Shown in pieces: positions 14,623 through 28,815 of a stretch of 64,000 nt of DNA (position 1 is its first letter; each line of letters starts with the position of its first letter). A program made the translations under genes and the position numbers. Origin of the DNA: the human T2T-CHM13v2.0 reference genome, Homo sapiens; assembly GCF_009914755.1 (NCBI RefSeq), contig NC_060947.1; one strand, written 5' to 3'. The notes beneath the pieces were generated by a model. It had not been told where the DNA came from, did not search any database, and worked only from the letters and a program-made list of their open reading frames with translations.

Positions 14623-14854
14623 AAACTACTTCTCAGGGAAATTAAACAATGGAAAATAGAAGAAAACTCTCAAATGAGAAAATCAGTCTTCACTATGCAA
14701 TGATTTTTTCTCTTGCACTCACATATAAAAAATGCTAACTACCTTAGAGATACTTGAGGGTGAAAGAAGCAATATTTCTTTGATATATGTTACATTGTTT
14801 ATTTTAAGATGACAGTTTTCTAATTGTTTTTGAAGTATGATTTGTTTGGCTATT

Positions 14855-17800
14855 TCTTTTTTGAAATTCTAGTTGACATATAGTCATTGTACATATTTAT
14901 GAGGTAGAGGTGAAATTTTGATACCTATATAAAATATATGTATAAAATATGTGATGCTCAAATCAGGCTAATTGGTATATTCATCACCTCATACATTTAT
15001 CATTTATTTGTATTGGGAATATTAAAAATCCTCTCATAGCTGTTTAAAAATTCAGAATAAATTATTGTTTACTAGTCACACTAGTCACACTAGAAATTTT
15101 TCCTCTTATCTAGCTATAATTGTGTATCCAATAAACCACCTTTCCCTATACAGCCCCTTATCATTCCCAGCCTCTAATTACTACTATTCTACTCTCTCCT
15201 TCAATGATATAAACATTTTTAGCTTCTACATGTGAGTGAGAACACATGGTATTTATGTTTTTGAGCCTGGATCAGTTTACTTGATGTAATGTCCTACAGA
15301 TTCATCCATTCTGCCACATATAGCAGGATTTTATTCTTTTTAAAGGCTGAATGATATTACATTGTGAATCTATACCACATTTTCATTATCTATTCATCTG
15401 TTGATGGACTCTTAGGTTGAGTCAATATTCTGATTATGGTGACAAGTTCTGAGAAAAATATTCAAGTACAGGTATCTCTTTGAAATACTAATTTACTTTT
15501 TAAAAAATATGTATTCAGTAGCAGCATGGCTGGCTGATACAACAGCTCTGTTTTTTGTCATTTGAGGAACTTCCATACTCTGTTTCTTAACTGATGACTG
15601 ATTTACATTCTGACCAGCAAAGTATAAGCTTTTCTCTGCATTCTCACCACCATTTTTTTATAATAGCCATTCTAATTAAGGTGAGATGATACCACTGTGA
15701 GTTTGATTTGCATTTCTCTGATTATTAGTAATAATGAACATTTTGATATACTTTTTAATGTTTGTATGTCTTCTTTTGAGAAATTACTGTTCAGATCTTC
15801 TGCTGTCCTTTTTAATCAGGTTATTTGTTTTTCTGCTGTAGAGTTGAGATCCTTTTATATTCTACATGTAAGTCTCTTGTCAAATTAGTAGTTTGAAAAT
15901 ATTTTCTCCCATTCTGCTGATTGTCTCTTCATTTATTGTTTTTCTTTCCTTGCAGAAACTTTTAATTTTGATACAATTCCAGTTGTCTATTTTTACTTTT
16001 GTTGCCTGTGCTTTTGAGGTCCTAGCCATAAAATATTTGCCCAGGCCAACGTCCTGAAGGATTTTCCTGTTTTCTTTTGGAAGTGTTATAGTTTCAGGTC
16101 TTATATTTAGGTGTTTACTTTACTTTTGAGTTCAACTTTGTATATAGTGGGGAATATGGCTTTAGTTTTATTCTTTGTACATGGATATGCAATTTTCCAA
16201 CCACCATTTATTGAAGATACTGTCATTTCCCCAATATGTATTCTTGAAAACTTTGTTAACATTGGGCTGTATATATGTAGATTTATTTCTGGGTCCTTTA
16301 GCCTTTTCCATTAGTCTATGTGCCTGATTTTATGCCAGTACCATGTTATTTTTATTACTATGTTTGTAGTACATTTTAGGTCAGGTAGTGTAATGCCTCT
16401 TGCTTGTTCTTTTCAGAAGACTCCTTTGGCTATTTTAGATCGTTTTTAGTCCCACATAAATGTTTTTATTGTCTTTTTTTACTATTTCTGTGAAAAATCC
16501 TGTGAATGTTTTGTTAGGGATTACATGGAATCTGTAGATAACTTTGGGTAGTGTGGTTATTTTAACGATAGTAATTATTTCAATCCATGAAAAGGGGATG
16601 TTTTATTTTTTAAATGTCTTTATTTCATCAGAGTTTGATTATTTTTATTGTAGAGATCTATCATCTCCATGGTTATAGTTTTATTATTTTTTATTGTAGA
16701 GATCTATCATCTCCATGGTTATATTTATTCCTAAATACGTGATATTTTGTGGCTATTGTAAACAGTATTACTTTCTCAATTTCTTATTCACCTAGATTAT
16801 TATTGGTGTATAAAAATGCAAATGACATTTGTATGTTGATTTTTTATCCTGTGAGTTTACTGAATTCATTTATTAGTTCTAAAAGATTTTGGTAGAGTCT
16901 TTAGAATATCTATATAAAAACACACGCCATCTGCCAACAGGTACAATTCGTCTTCCTCCTTTCCAATTTAAGGGCACTTTATTTCTTTGTCTTCTCTAAT
17001 CGCTCTGACTAGGACCTTCAGTGCTGTGTCAAATAACAGTAGTGAAAGAGGGCATTCACATCTTGTGCCAGATTTTAGAAAAAAAGGTTCAATTCTTCCT
17101 TGTTCAGGATGATGTTAGTTGCAACTTATAGCCTTTATTTTCTTAAGGTATGTTTCTTCTATACTTAATTTATTGAGAGTATTTATTATTCAGAAATGTT
17201 GAATTTTTTCAAATGCTTTATCTGCATCTATTGAGATGATTGTTTTTCCTTCATTTTGTTTATATGATTTATCACATTTATTGATTTGTGTATGTTAAGC
17301 CATTCTTGTATCCCTGAAATACATTTTATTTAATTATGCTGTATAATTGTATTGATGTGCTATTGGATTCAGTTTGCTAGTATTTTGTTAATAATTTTTG
17401 CATCTGTGCTCATCAGGGATGTTGGCCTACAGTTTTGTTGTTGTTTTATCCTTGTCTGGTTTTGGTGTCAGGGCAATGCTGGCCTCATAGAATGAGTTTA
17501 AAATAATTTCCTACCCTTCAATTTTTGGAATAGTTTCAGAAAAATTGAAATTAATTTTAATTTAAATGTTTGGTAGAATTCAGCAATGAAGTCATCTGAT
17601 CCTAGGTATTTTTGATGTTGTGAGAAATATTTTACTAGCACTTCAAACTTATTACTTGTTTTTGGTCTGCTCAGGTTTTCCATTTCTTCCTGGTTCATTC
17701 TTGATGATAGGTTCTGTGTGTCCAGGAATTTATCCATTTCCCTTTAGCTTTTCCATTTTATTGGCATATAGTTGTTCATAATAATCTCTCATGGTATTCT

Positions 17801-20800
17801 GTATTTCTGTGTTATCAGTTGCAATTTTTTCTTTTTAATAATTTTTGGGGCTCTTTTTATTCTAGTCTAGCTAGTTATTTGTTTATTTTGTTTATTTAAA
17901 AACACTGTTTCATTTGATTGATCTTTTGTATTTTCAGTCTCTGTTTATTTCTGCTGGATCATTATTATTTATTTTTCTATTAATTTTGGCTTTGGTTTGC
18001 TCTCATTTTCTTTGTTCCTTAAGGTCCATTTATAGATTGTTTATTTGAAAATGTTCTTTTTTTATATAGGTGTTTATTGCTATGAACTTCCCTTTTAGTA
18101 GTGCTTTTGTTGTGTTCCATAGGTTTTGGTATATTCTGTTACTTTTGTCATTTGTTTCAAGAAATTTTCTAAGTACCTTCTTAATATATCATTGACCCAT
18201 TAGTCATTCAGGAGCATGTTGTTAGTTTCCATGTATTTGTACAGTTTCCAAAGTTCCTCCTGTTATTGATTTCTACTTTTATTCTATTATGGTGAAGAAA
18301 GATACTTAATATGATTTTGATTTCTTTTAAAATTTATTGAGACTTTTTGTGGCCTTTAATATGGTCTACCAGAAACATGTTCCATATGCTGATGAGAAGA
18401 ATTTGTGTATACTAAAGATGTTGAATAAAATGTTCTTGTTTTTTAGGCCTATTTGTTCTCAGGCATTTTAAATGCAATGTTTCTGTGTTGATTTCCGTTT
18501 AAGTGATCTGTCCAATTCTGAGAGTAAGGTATTGAAGTCCCCAACTATTACTGTATTGGAGTTTATCTTCCCCATTAGATATAATAATATTTGTTTACAT
18601 ATCTTGGTGCTCCAGTGTTGCATTTATATATATCCATATATTTTGGATCCTCTTACTGCATTGATCACTTTATTGTTATATAATGACCTTATTGTTCTCC
18701 TTTTATACTTTTTATGGATAAAGTCTGTCTAATATAAGTAGAGCTATTCGTGCTTATTTTTGGGTTTTAATTGCATAAAGTACTTACTTTCAGTCTATAT
18801 GTATGTTTACAGATAAACTGAGTTTCTTGTAAACAGCATATGGTTGGGTTGCCAAAAAAATTATTCCACCAGTTTGTATATTTTAGTTGGAGAGCTTAAT
18901 CCATTTATATTTGAGGTTATCATAAATAGGAGAAAACTTATTTGTGCCATTTTGTTCATTATTTTCTGGTAGTTTTGTATATATTGTTCATTTTGTTCTT
19001 TTCTTTCTGATTATCTTTGACTTTTCATGTTTTTTTTGTAGTAATACAGTTTAATTGCTTTTTTTTTATCATTTGTGGATCTTCTTTACAAGTGTGTTTT
19101 ATACTTTTGCATATTATCATAATGATAGTTATTATTTTTTATTTCTAGATATCAGATTCCCCTAAGCACATCCTGTAGGACCAGTCTAGTGGTGATGAAT
19201 TCCCTCAGTTTTTGCTTTTCTGAGATATATTTTATTTCTTCTTTATTTTTGAAAGCTAGCTTTTTGAGTATAGTATTCTTAGTAGACAGATTTTTTTTTT
19301 TTTTTTAGCTTGTAATATGTCTTCCCATTTTTTTCTTGTCATGTAAGGATTTTTGCTGAGAAATCTGCTGTTAATATAATGAGTATCCTCTTATATGTGA
19401 CTTAATGCTTTTTTTGCCATTTAAAAAATCCTCACTTCATCTTATACTTTTGACAGTTTTTCTATAATATGCCTTGAGAAAGAACTTTTGTGAGTTTGGT
19501 CTATTTGGAAACATTTGAGCTTACTGAATTTGGATGTCCATATCTTTCACAAGAGTTGGGACGTTTTCAGCTACTGTTTTATCAAATATATTTTCTATGC
19601 CTTTTCCTGTCTCTTCTCATTTTCCAGTCTCTTCAAATGTTAAAATTTGCATGCTTAATGGTGTTCTGTAATTCCCATAGGCTTTCTTCATTTTTTTGTG
19701 ATTTATTCTTTTCCCCCTCTGGGTTATTTTAAAAGAGCCATACACAGATTGAGAAATTATTTCTTCTGCTTGATCTAGTCTGTGGTTGAAGCTCTATATT
19801 GTATTTTTTTTATTTCATTCATTGAATTTGTAGTTCCTCAATTTCTGTTTGATATTTTTATATAATATGTATCTCTGTTGAACTTATTCAGATCATTAAT
19901 TGTTTTCCTGATTTTGATGAATTGTCTATCTGCATACTCTTGTATCAAGCTGAGTTTCCTTAAGAACATTATTTTGATTTTTTTTTCAAAGATTTGATAG
20001 ATTTTCTTTTTCGAGGTTCAGTTACTGGAAATTTATTGAGTTCTTTTGGATGTTTTATATCCTCTTTTTTTTTATTTTCAATGTTTCATGTGTTCCTACG
20101 TTTATATCTGCACATCTGGTGAAATGGTAACCTCTCCCAATTTCACAGAGTAGTTTTTTTAGGGAAAAACATTTCTCTGTGCTCATTTCCTATATTGTTG
20201 GTTAGGTAGGGTACTTTGCTCTGGGTACTGGGCAGGTGCAATAGTGTAGTCTCTGTGCAATTTCTTAGGCTTCAATAACTGTCATTAGTATCTGTGCCTC
20301 AGTGGCCTACACTTCAGGTGTTTGCGGAGGCAGTGGCAAGACTTTTTCAGGGGTGAGGGCCAGTGGTCAGGCTTATTCTCAAGTCCTTGGGAATATGTGA
20401 CAGGTACAGCAGCACTGCCAGTCATGGAGCTGGTGTCACCTGTGGTGGCACAACAGGCAGTTCATCCCCCAATCCCTGGTAGGTATGCACTGTGTGCAGC
20501 AGCTTCACTGGTCAAGGATAGTGGTTCAACACTAGTGAGAGGCATTAGGAAGGTCAGTGCTGGGTTCTTGATGGGTGCATACAGCACACAGTGGCCCTGG
20601 TGCTGGAGATGGTTGGATTACTGCCAGAGGTAGGCACAAGGTACCAGTTCTAGGTGCCTGGGGAGTGTGCATAATGGTGTCCCTGATCCTGGGAACAGCC
20701 TCCCTGTTGTGCTGGAACCCCTGCTCTCTGGAGTATAGGGAAGTATGGGTTCAAGTGGGGTCCCAGCTGTACCATTGAGTCTTACTGGGATCACAATGTT

Positions 20801-21335
20801 GAAACCTTCTGTGTTGGTAAAATGGGGTGATGACAAACCTCAAGGATGTGGAGATTTAAATGCTATTGGCCCCCAGGGCATAATATATTCCCTCAGTGGC
20901 TCCATTCTGTAAATGTTGCCTGCTATAGTAGCCAGTGTACCGAGGAGTAGGTGGTGTCTCATTGTGTGTTTCCTCTTTTGGACAAAAACAGCCATGTGGA
21001 CTCCAGAAAACTTTCTATACTGATCTCAGGGCCTGTGAGGATTGTAGGGTTGTCTTATAGATAGAAATTAAGGCACCTTTTGTGATAATTGGGAATGCTG
21101 GGGATCTGGTGTGTACATTTTCTTGGCTCTGAGCTGGATCTGGCTGGGCATTTTTCTTCCCTTTCTATGCTGCCATCTAGAGTTTCTATGTCTCAGAGCA
21201 TTTTCATCACTTTCTTGCTGAGTTCCAGTCTTCTGTCTCAGTCACTCTACTCAAGATGCAGTTATTTATTTGTTGCTTTGGTCCTTCTTTGTGGAGATGA
21301 GTGTTGGGTGCCTCTAGTTAGCCATCTGATGACAA
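14855..21335 (-). mobile_element. Near full-length old L1MA (L1MA4/5-like): 3'UTR, ORF2, ORF1, GC-richer 5'UTR
   Basis: L1MA-type 3' end at left; ORF2 fragment MDKFLDTQNL (17498..17737 -); 5' end tagttagccatct near 21327. Confidence 0.85.
16632..16722. repeat. About 45-bp tandem duplication inside L1MA
   Basis: tttttattgtagagatctatcatctccatggttata occurs twice in tandem. Confidence 0.9.
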
Positions 21336-22396
21336 TTTTCTTGTATTTATCGAACTCAATTATCAAATGACGATACTGATGTTGTATCACTATATAAAAT
21401 TATATGAGTTTATATAAAATATTCTCACAAAAGACCAGCATGATTATATTATAAATGAGCAGTTTCATACTTTTAATATATTTATTATGTAACTGAGATA
21501 ACTAGAAATAAATTATTTAAATTATCATTTTTATATCATTTAATAAGGTCTAGACTGAGTATAAAATGCACATAGCTCAAGGGAATCTAGGTATCTATTT
21601 ATCATATAAAGCAGGTAAAAAATAACATTTTATTAGAAATACTGGTCTTCTGTAAGTTATTTACTACCTTTAGAATTCTAGCCCAAAAAGTCCTAGAGTG
21701 AAAAAAGAACATGTATTTATAAAATTTACGAAAGGTATTTTCCAATCAATACCGAAATTCTTGCCAGTTAAACTTTCTGTCAGAAAAGAAGTACAAGAAT
21801 AGACATTTACTTTTTATTTCTTGATGTAAAAGATGTAGCCAAGAACCATATAAAACAGCAATGGAGAATGAACATTTCTTCTGCTCTGTCTGATTTCCCA
21901 CTTCAATTGCTTTCACATCCTATCTTATTATATAATTATTTATCTGGCAGCTGCCTCAACCACTATTCCCAAGGTACTCTGAAAGCTGGAAACTGAAACC
22001 TGGAAGCCTGAGCACTAAGAATAGTAAACCACCAGAGAATCACAGTGTATGTATGCTTTTGGCTTTGATACTGACCTTGTGCCTCAATAATCAGACCAGT
22101 TCATGAGGCAGTGACTGTTTATATGTGTCATATAATTATACTACACTGTAAAGAACAGAAAAACTTCTCCATGTGCTGACTGAAGAAGTGGGATCTATTG
22201 ACAGTTTAAAGAATTGGGATTATTGGCACTTATTTCTCTTTTATATTTGTGGTAGTATAAATATTAATAAATCTTCACTGGAATATATGGGGTATAAAAA
22301 TAAGAGGATAAAAATGAAAATCAGTCAACTTACACGAACACACACACAAACACAAACTGCATAATACATAAACTATTATACATTTATAGATTTTTT

Positions 22397-22598
22397 ACTG
22401 TCCAATAGAGTAGCCACGAACCACATGTAGCTATTTAAGTTTAAATTCAAACTAATTAATACTAGATAAACCTAAAAATCCAATTTCTCAGTTTATTGTT
22501 CACATTTCATGTTCTTATCAGCCACTTATATCTAGTGGCTATCATTCTACTTTATAGTATGTTTCTATCATTGCAGAGAGTTATATTGGGTAGTGCTA
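22397..22598 (-). mobile_element. MER3-like hAT-Charlie DNA transposon fossil
   Basis: ctgtccaatagagtagccac...cacatgtagctattt...tcattgcagagagttatattgg resembles MER3. Confidence 0.7.
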
Positions 22599-23324
22599 GT
22601 ATAGACAATAAATATGTTATGTATAGATTATATATACATTACAAAATGTACAAAAAAAAAAAAATAAAAGGACCACAGTAAAAATAAAAATAAACAGCAA
22701 TTCTAGTATTTTCCCACTCCCCAAGTAACCATGTTGTGCAATGCTTGGATGCATACACCCTTCTTTAGAGATAACTGATTGCCCAAATAAAGAATCAAAC
22801 TCATTAAATTTATTTTTTTTTACAGAACATTAACACTTTTTAAAAATAAACTGACATAATACACTTCTTACTATTATTTATAACATCAGTCATAATTTAG
22901 GAAACATAAGTGTGTTTTATATAATATAAAGCATTCTGCAAAATGATGAAGTCATGGAGTTAAAAGGCCTAGACCAACCCAAAAGTAAAAAAAAAAAAAA
23001 AAAAAGTTTTAAAAATGAAATCACTTTTAGGCTAAGCCATATAACTAATCAGTTTTCTCTTTTGATGAAGTCATTGGGATCTTTAATATTTAAGCAAAAC
23101 TTAATACCACTTATACATCTAAACACTATTTAGATGTATAAATACAGCCTGCTAAATTAGCCTGCTATTTATTTCCTGTGAGTGAGGCCCATTCAACATA
23201 GAACATAAAAATATTAAGAATGCACTAGTTTTCCAAGTCTGATAGGTCTTAAACTATGATAGATATTACTGGAAAGGTTAGAAATGTCTTTAACCTACAT
23301 GATTACAACCTAATCCCCACAGTC

Positions 23325-23537
23325 ATGGTTCACTGCAACCTCTGCCTCCCAGGTTCAAGCGATTCTCCTGGGGATTACAGGTGCCTGCCACTCTGCCCAG
23401 CTAATTTTTGTATTTTTAGTAGAGACAGGATTTCACCTTTTTGGCCAGGCTGTTCTTGAACTCCTGACCTCAAGTGATCTGCCTGCCTTGGCCTCAGAAA
23501 CTGCTGGGATTACAGGCATGAGCCACCGCACCCGGAC
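23325..23537 (-). mobile_element. AluS fragment with internal deletion, no tail
   Basis: cactgcaacctctgcctcccaggttcaagcgattctcc...ggattacaggcatgagccaccgcacccgg. Confidence 0.9.
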
Positions 23538-23608
23538 AAATTTCCTCATTTCACTTAGTTTTTTTCAGATTTTTATAAGTCTCTTTTTCTATCAAAATGT
23601 TAAACAAC

Positions 23609-26600
23609 GGGAGGGGCTAAGATGGCCAACTAGAAACAGCTGCAGTCAGAGGCTCCCAGTGAGAGGAACAAAAACTACGAGTGAATCCTGCACAGGCAAG
23701 TGAGGTATTCAGGTTCTCTCATTTGGACTTACTAGGCAGTTGGTGTGACCCACGGAGAGCAAGGAAAAGCAGGATGGTGTGATGGTCCACCTGGGAGCCA
23801 CATGGAGCAAGGGGAGCTCCCACCCCAAGCCAAAGGAGGCAGGGAGTGATCTACTACCTTGCCTGGGAAACTATGCTTTTTGCTGTGCAACCTGTGAATC
23901 AATACAGCCTCCTCATGAGCCCATACGACCAGGGCCTTGGGTCTCAAGCACAGAGATATGCAGATTCTCAGCAGTCACTTGGCTGGAGACTGCCTAAGAC
24001 TACCAAGTCCCTGGGGGAAAGAGTTGGCTGTCAACACTGCAGCTGCCTGCTGCCTAAGACGACTGAGCTCCTTGCAGGAGGGGCGGCAGCCATCACCACA
24101 GTGCCAGTCTGCCACTTTTTCCCCTGCTGGTAACAGGGAGACTGGATGATTTGGATCCAGGAGGAATTCCCCACAGTGCAGCACAGTGGCTGTGGCAGAT
24201 CGTGGCCAGACTGCCTCTTTAGGTCAGACCCGGATCCATCCCTTTTTCACTGGGAGGGGCCTCCCTGCAGGAATTTCAGCAATTCTAGCCAGGGGTTTAG
24301 AGACAAAAATCTGATCTCCCTGAAACTGAGCCCACTGGGGGAGGGGTAGCCACAGTCTCTGAGGATAAGCAGACTTAGCCTTGCCTGCAGGCTCTGAGGA
24401 TATTGGGCAGTCCCTATGAGTGAGATGTCCCCCTACACAGCACACATCATCTGCCAATGGGCAAGCAGAGTGCGTCATTAAGTGTATTTCAGATCCTGTG
24501 ACTCTGGACTGGGTGAGACCCCTCAACAGGAATCACCAGAGAACTTATACAGGAGTGTTCATGCTGTCAACAGGTCTTGCTCCTCTAAGACAGAGATCCC
24601 AGAGAAAGAAGCAGGCAACTATCTTTGCTGCTCTGTTGCCTCCATGGGTGACACCTCCAGGTGCAGGAGGGACCCAGGGGAATAGGATTTGTAGTGGACC
24701 CCCAGGAAAACACAGCAGCCCTATAGAAAATGGGCTTGACTATTAAAAGAAAAACAAACAAACAGAAGATGACAACAACGACCTCAACGAAAAAGTTCCT
24801 ACAAAAACCCATCCAAAAGCCAACAGCCTCAAATATCAAAGTTAGATAAACTCAAGAAGATGAGAAACAACAAAAAAAAAAACAATGAAAACTCAAAAAT
24901 CCAGAGTGCCTCTATTTCTGAAAATGATCACAACACCTCTCCAGAAAGGGCACAGAACCAGGCAAAGTCTGAGATAGATGAATTGACAGAAGTAGGTTTC
25001 AAATGATGTGTAATAATGAACTTTACTGAGCTAAAGGAGTATATTCTAACCCAATGCAAAGAAGCTAAGAACCGTAATAAAACATTACAGGAGCTGTTAA
25101 GCAGAACAGATAGTTTAGAGAGGAGCATATATGACCTGATAGAGCAGAAAAACACAACAAAATAACTTCACAATGCAACCACAAGTATCAATCACCGAAT
25201 AAAAAAGCAGAGGGAAGAATTTCAGAGCTTGAAGACTATCTTGCTGAAATAAGACAGGCAGACAAGATCAGAGAAAAAAGGAATGAAAAGGAATGAAAAA
25301 AACCTCTGAGAACTATGGGATTATGTAAAAAGACTGAACCTGTGACTGATTGGGGTACCTGGAAAAGATGGGAAGAACAGAACCAAGTTGAAAAACACAC
25401 TTCAGGATATCACCCAGGAGAACTTCCCCAACCTAAGAAGACAGGCCAACATTCAAATTCAAGAAATCCAGAGAACCCCAATAAAATACTTCATGAGAAG
25501 ATCCACCTCAAGACAGATAATCATCAGATTATCCAAGGTTAAAATGCAGGGAAAACTGTTAAGGGCATCCAGACAGAAAGGCCAGGCCACCTACAAAGAA
25601 AAGCCCATCAGAGTAACAGCAGACCTCTCAGCAGAAACTCTACAAGCCAGAAGAGATTAGAGGCCAATATTCTGCATTCTTAAAGAAAATAATTTTTAAT
25701 TTAGAATTTCATATCTGGCCAAACTAAGCTTCATAAGTGAAAAATAAATAAAATTCTTTTCAGACAAGCAAATGTTGAGGGAATTTGTCACCAGCAGACC
25801 TGCCTTGCAAGGGCTACTGAAGAAAGCACTAAGTATGGAAAGGAAAATCTATTACCAGCCAATGCAAAAACATACTGAAGTACAAAGACCAATGACACAG
25901 TGACGCAACTACATCAAAAAGTTTGCAAAATAACCAGCTTGCATCATGATGACAGGACTAAATTTACATATAACAATATTAATCTAAAATGTAAATGGGC
26001 TAAAAGACACAGAATGGCAAGCTAGATAGAGTCAAGACCCATTGATATGCTGTATTCAAGAGACCAATCTCATGTGCAAAGACACACATAGGCTCAGAAT
26101 GGAGGGATGGAGAGAAGTTTACCAAGAAGTGGAAAGCAGAAAAAAGCAGAGGTTACAATCCTGGTTTCTGATGAAAGAGACTTTAAACCAACAAAAGTCA
26201 AAAAAGTCAAAGAAGGGTATCACATAATGGTAAATAATCAATATAACAAGAAGAGCTAACTATCCTAAATATATGTGCACCCAATACAGGAGCACCCAGA
26301 TTCACCAAACAAGTCCTTGGAGACCTACAAAGAGACTTAGACTCCCACATAATATGGTTTGGCTGTGTCCCCACCCAAATCAAATGTTGAATTCCTACTT
26401 ATTGTGTGAGGGACCTTGTTGGAGGTAATTGAATCATGGGGGTAGGTCTTTCCTATGCTGTTCTCATGATAGTAAGTCTCATGAGATCTGATGGTTATTA
26501 CAAAAGGGATTTTTCCTGCGCAAGCTCTCTTTGCGGCCATCCATGTAAGACATGACTTGCTCCTCCTTGCTTTTCACCATGATTGTGAAGCTTCCCCAGC

Positions 26601-27894
26601 CACACAGAACTGTAAGTCCAATTAAACCTCTTTATTTTTTAAATTGCCCAGTCTTGGGTTTGTGTTTATCAGCAGCAGTAATACACCACACAATAATAGT
26701 AGGAGACTTTAACACCTCACTGTCAATAGCAGATTATTGAGATAGAAAATTTACAAGAATATTGAGGTCTTGAACTAAAGCAGACCTGATATATATCTAC
26801 AGAATTCTCCACACAAAAACAACAGAATATACATTCTTCTCTGTGCCACATGGCACTTATTCTAAAATCAATCACATAAGTGGAAGTAAATACAAAAGAA
26901 CTGAAGTAATAACAGTCTCTCAGACAACAGTCCAATCAAGTTAGAACTCCAGATTAAGAAACTCACCCCAAACCAAACAACTACATGGAAATTAAACAAC
27001 TTGCTTCTGAATGACACCTGGGTAAATAATAAAATTAAGGCAGACAATGTACCAGAATCTCTGGGACACAGCTAAAGCAGTGTTAAGAGAGAAATTTATA
27101 GCACCAAATGCCCACATCAATAAGCAAGAAAGATCTCAAATTGACACCCTAATATGACAACTAAAAGAACTAGGAAACCAAGAACAAAAATACCAGAAGC
27201 TAGCAGGAGACAAGAAAAAACCAAGATCAGAGCAGAACAGAAGGACATAGAGACAAAAAAAAAAAACCTTCAAAAAATAAATGAATCCAGAAGCTCTTTA
27301 AAAAAAATAAAATAGACTTCTAGCTAGACTAATAAAGAAGAAAAAAGAATCAGACACAGTAAAAAATGAAAAAGAGATGTAACCACTAACCTCACAGGAA
27401 TACAAATATCCATCAGATAATACTATAAACACTTCTATGCAGATTAACTGGGAAGTCGAGAATAAATGGATAAATTCCTGAACACATACACCCTCCCCAA
27501 GACTGAACCAGGAAGAAGTTGAATCCTTGAATAGACCAACAACATGTTATGAAACTGAGGCAGTAATAAATAGCCTAACAACTAAAAAAAAGCCCAGGAA
27601 GAGACAGATTTACAGCTGAATTCTACCAGAAGAACCAAGAGGAGCTGATACCATTTATTCTGAAACTATTCCAAACAACTAAAAAGGAAGGACTCTTCCC
27701 TAACTCATTCTGTGTAGCCAGCATGAACCTGATAAAACCTGGTAGAGATACAACAAATTAAGAAAACTTCAGGCGAATATCCCTGATGAACATTGAAACA
27801 AAAATCCTCAATAAAATACTGGAAATTGAATCCAGCAGCACATCAAAAGCCTATCCACCACGATCAAGTCGACTTCATCCCTGGAATTAAGGCT
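23609..27894 (+). mobile_element. Older L1PA with intact 5' end (5'UTR, ORF1, 5' part of ORF2), 3' part lost
   Basis: Starts gggaggggctAAGATGGCC (YY1-type site 23619-23627); ORF1 fragment ENFPNLRRQANIQIQEIQRTP; ORF2 ends near ttcatccctggaattaaggct. Confidence 0.9.
26350..26685 (+). mobile_element. THE1 (THE1B-like) solo LTR inside L1 ORF2
   Basis: taatatggtttggctgtgtccccacccaaatc...taataca; 5-bp TSD CCACA (26345-26349, 26686-26690). Confidence 0.92.
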
Positions 27895-28781
27895 CGTTGG
27901 AGAAATGGTAATTTCAGGACTTGGGCCGGAAAGCTATAAAATGAGTCTGAAAAACCTCACAAGGGAATAAGAAAGAACTCAAAACATGATAACAATAAAA
28001 ATAACAATATTTTTAAAATATAATGACAATAAAAAAGCACATATCATAAGAAGAGAATGCATTTAAAGTAATAATCAATCAAATAAGCTTTCATAGCAGT
28101 AAACACTTTTATCAATAAGAGATTTTAAATAAAATAAATTCTCATCTAAAAATTAAAAAAAGAAAATCATAGTGATAAAAGCAGAAATCAATGAAGTAGA
28201 GAACAGGAAAATATTATAGTTAAATCAAAATCCTGCATTTTCAAATAAACAAAATGGATGAACTAGTAGCTAACCTCATCAAGAAAAAAAGGAAAAAGCA
28301 CAAATATAAGAAAGGTCAAAAAGAAAATGACAATTGAAACAGAAGATAGTTTTTAAAATGTAAGAGAAAAATGTGTAGCCCCTCTACAAATAAATATAAA
28401 AATCTCCATAAAATAATTTTCTACTTAATACAGATTAGCAAAATTTGGTTTCATTAGACCTATAAACTTAAAGAGACCATTTTCCACAGAAGAAATAGTT
28501 ATTAATATTAAGCAACTACTTCCTTCTAAACAGCAGACACAGAACTTTTCATATGGAATTTCTATCACACTTTCAAAGAACTGATAGCCACTGTGCTTTA
28601 GAAAAATTTCGAAGTGTTGAAAATGAAATGAAAACTCCTTAATTCTTGCCATGAAACAGGAAACATTGGCACCTAAACCAAAAAGAAAAATTTAAAAACT
28701 CATGCCATTGCTCATGAATATTTTGAGTTTTAGCACAAATACATTAAAATGGCATTGGCAAACAAAATCTAACACCACATT

Positions 28782-28784
<3 letters not shown>

Positions 28785-28813
<29 letters not shown>
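28785..28813. repeat. (AC)n microsatellite
   Basis: Direct read. Confidence 0.95.
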
Positions 28814-28815
<2 letters not shown>

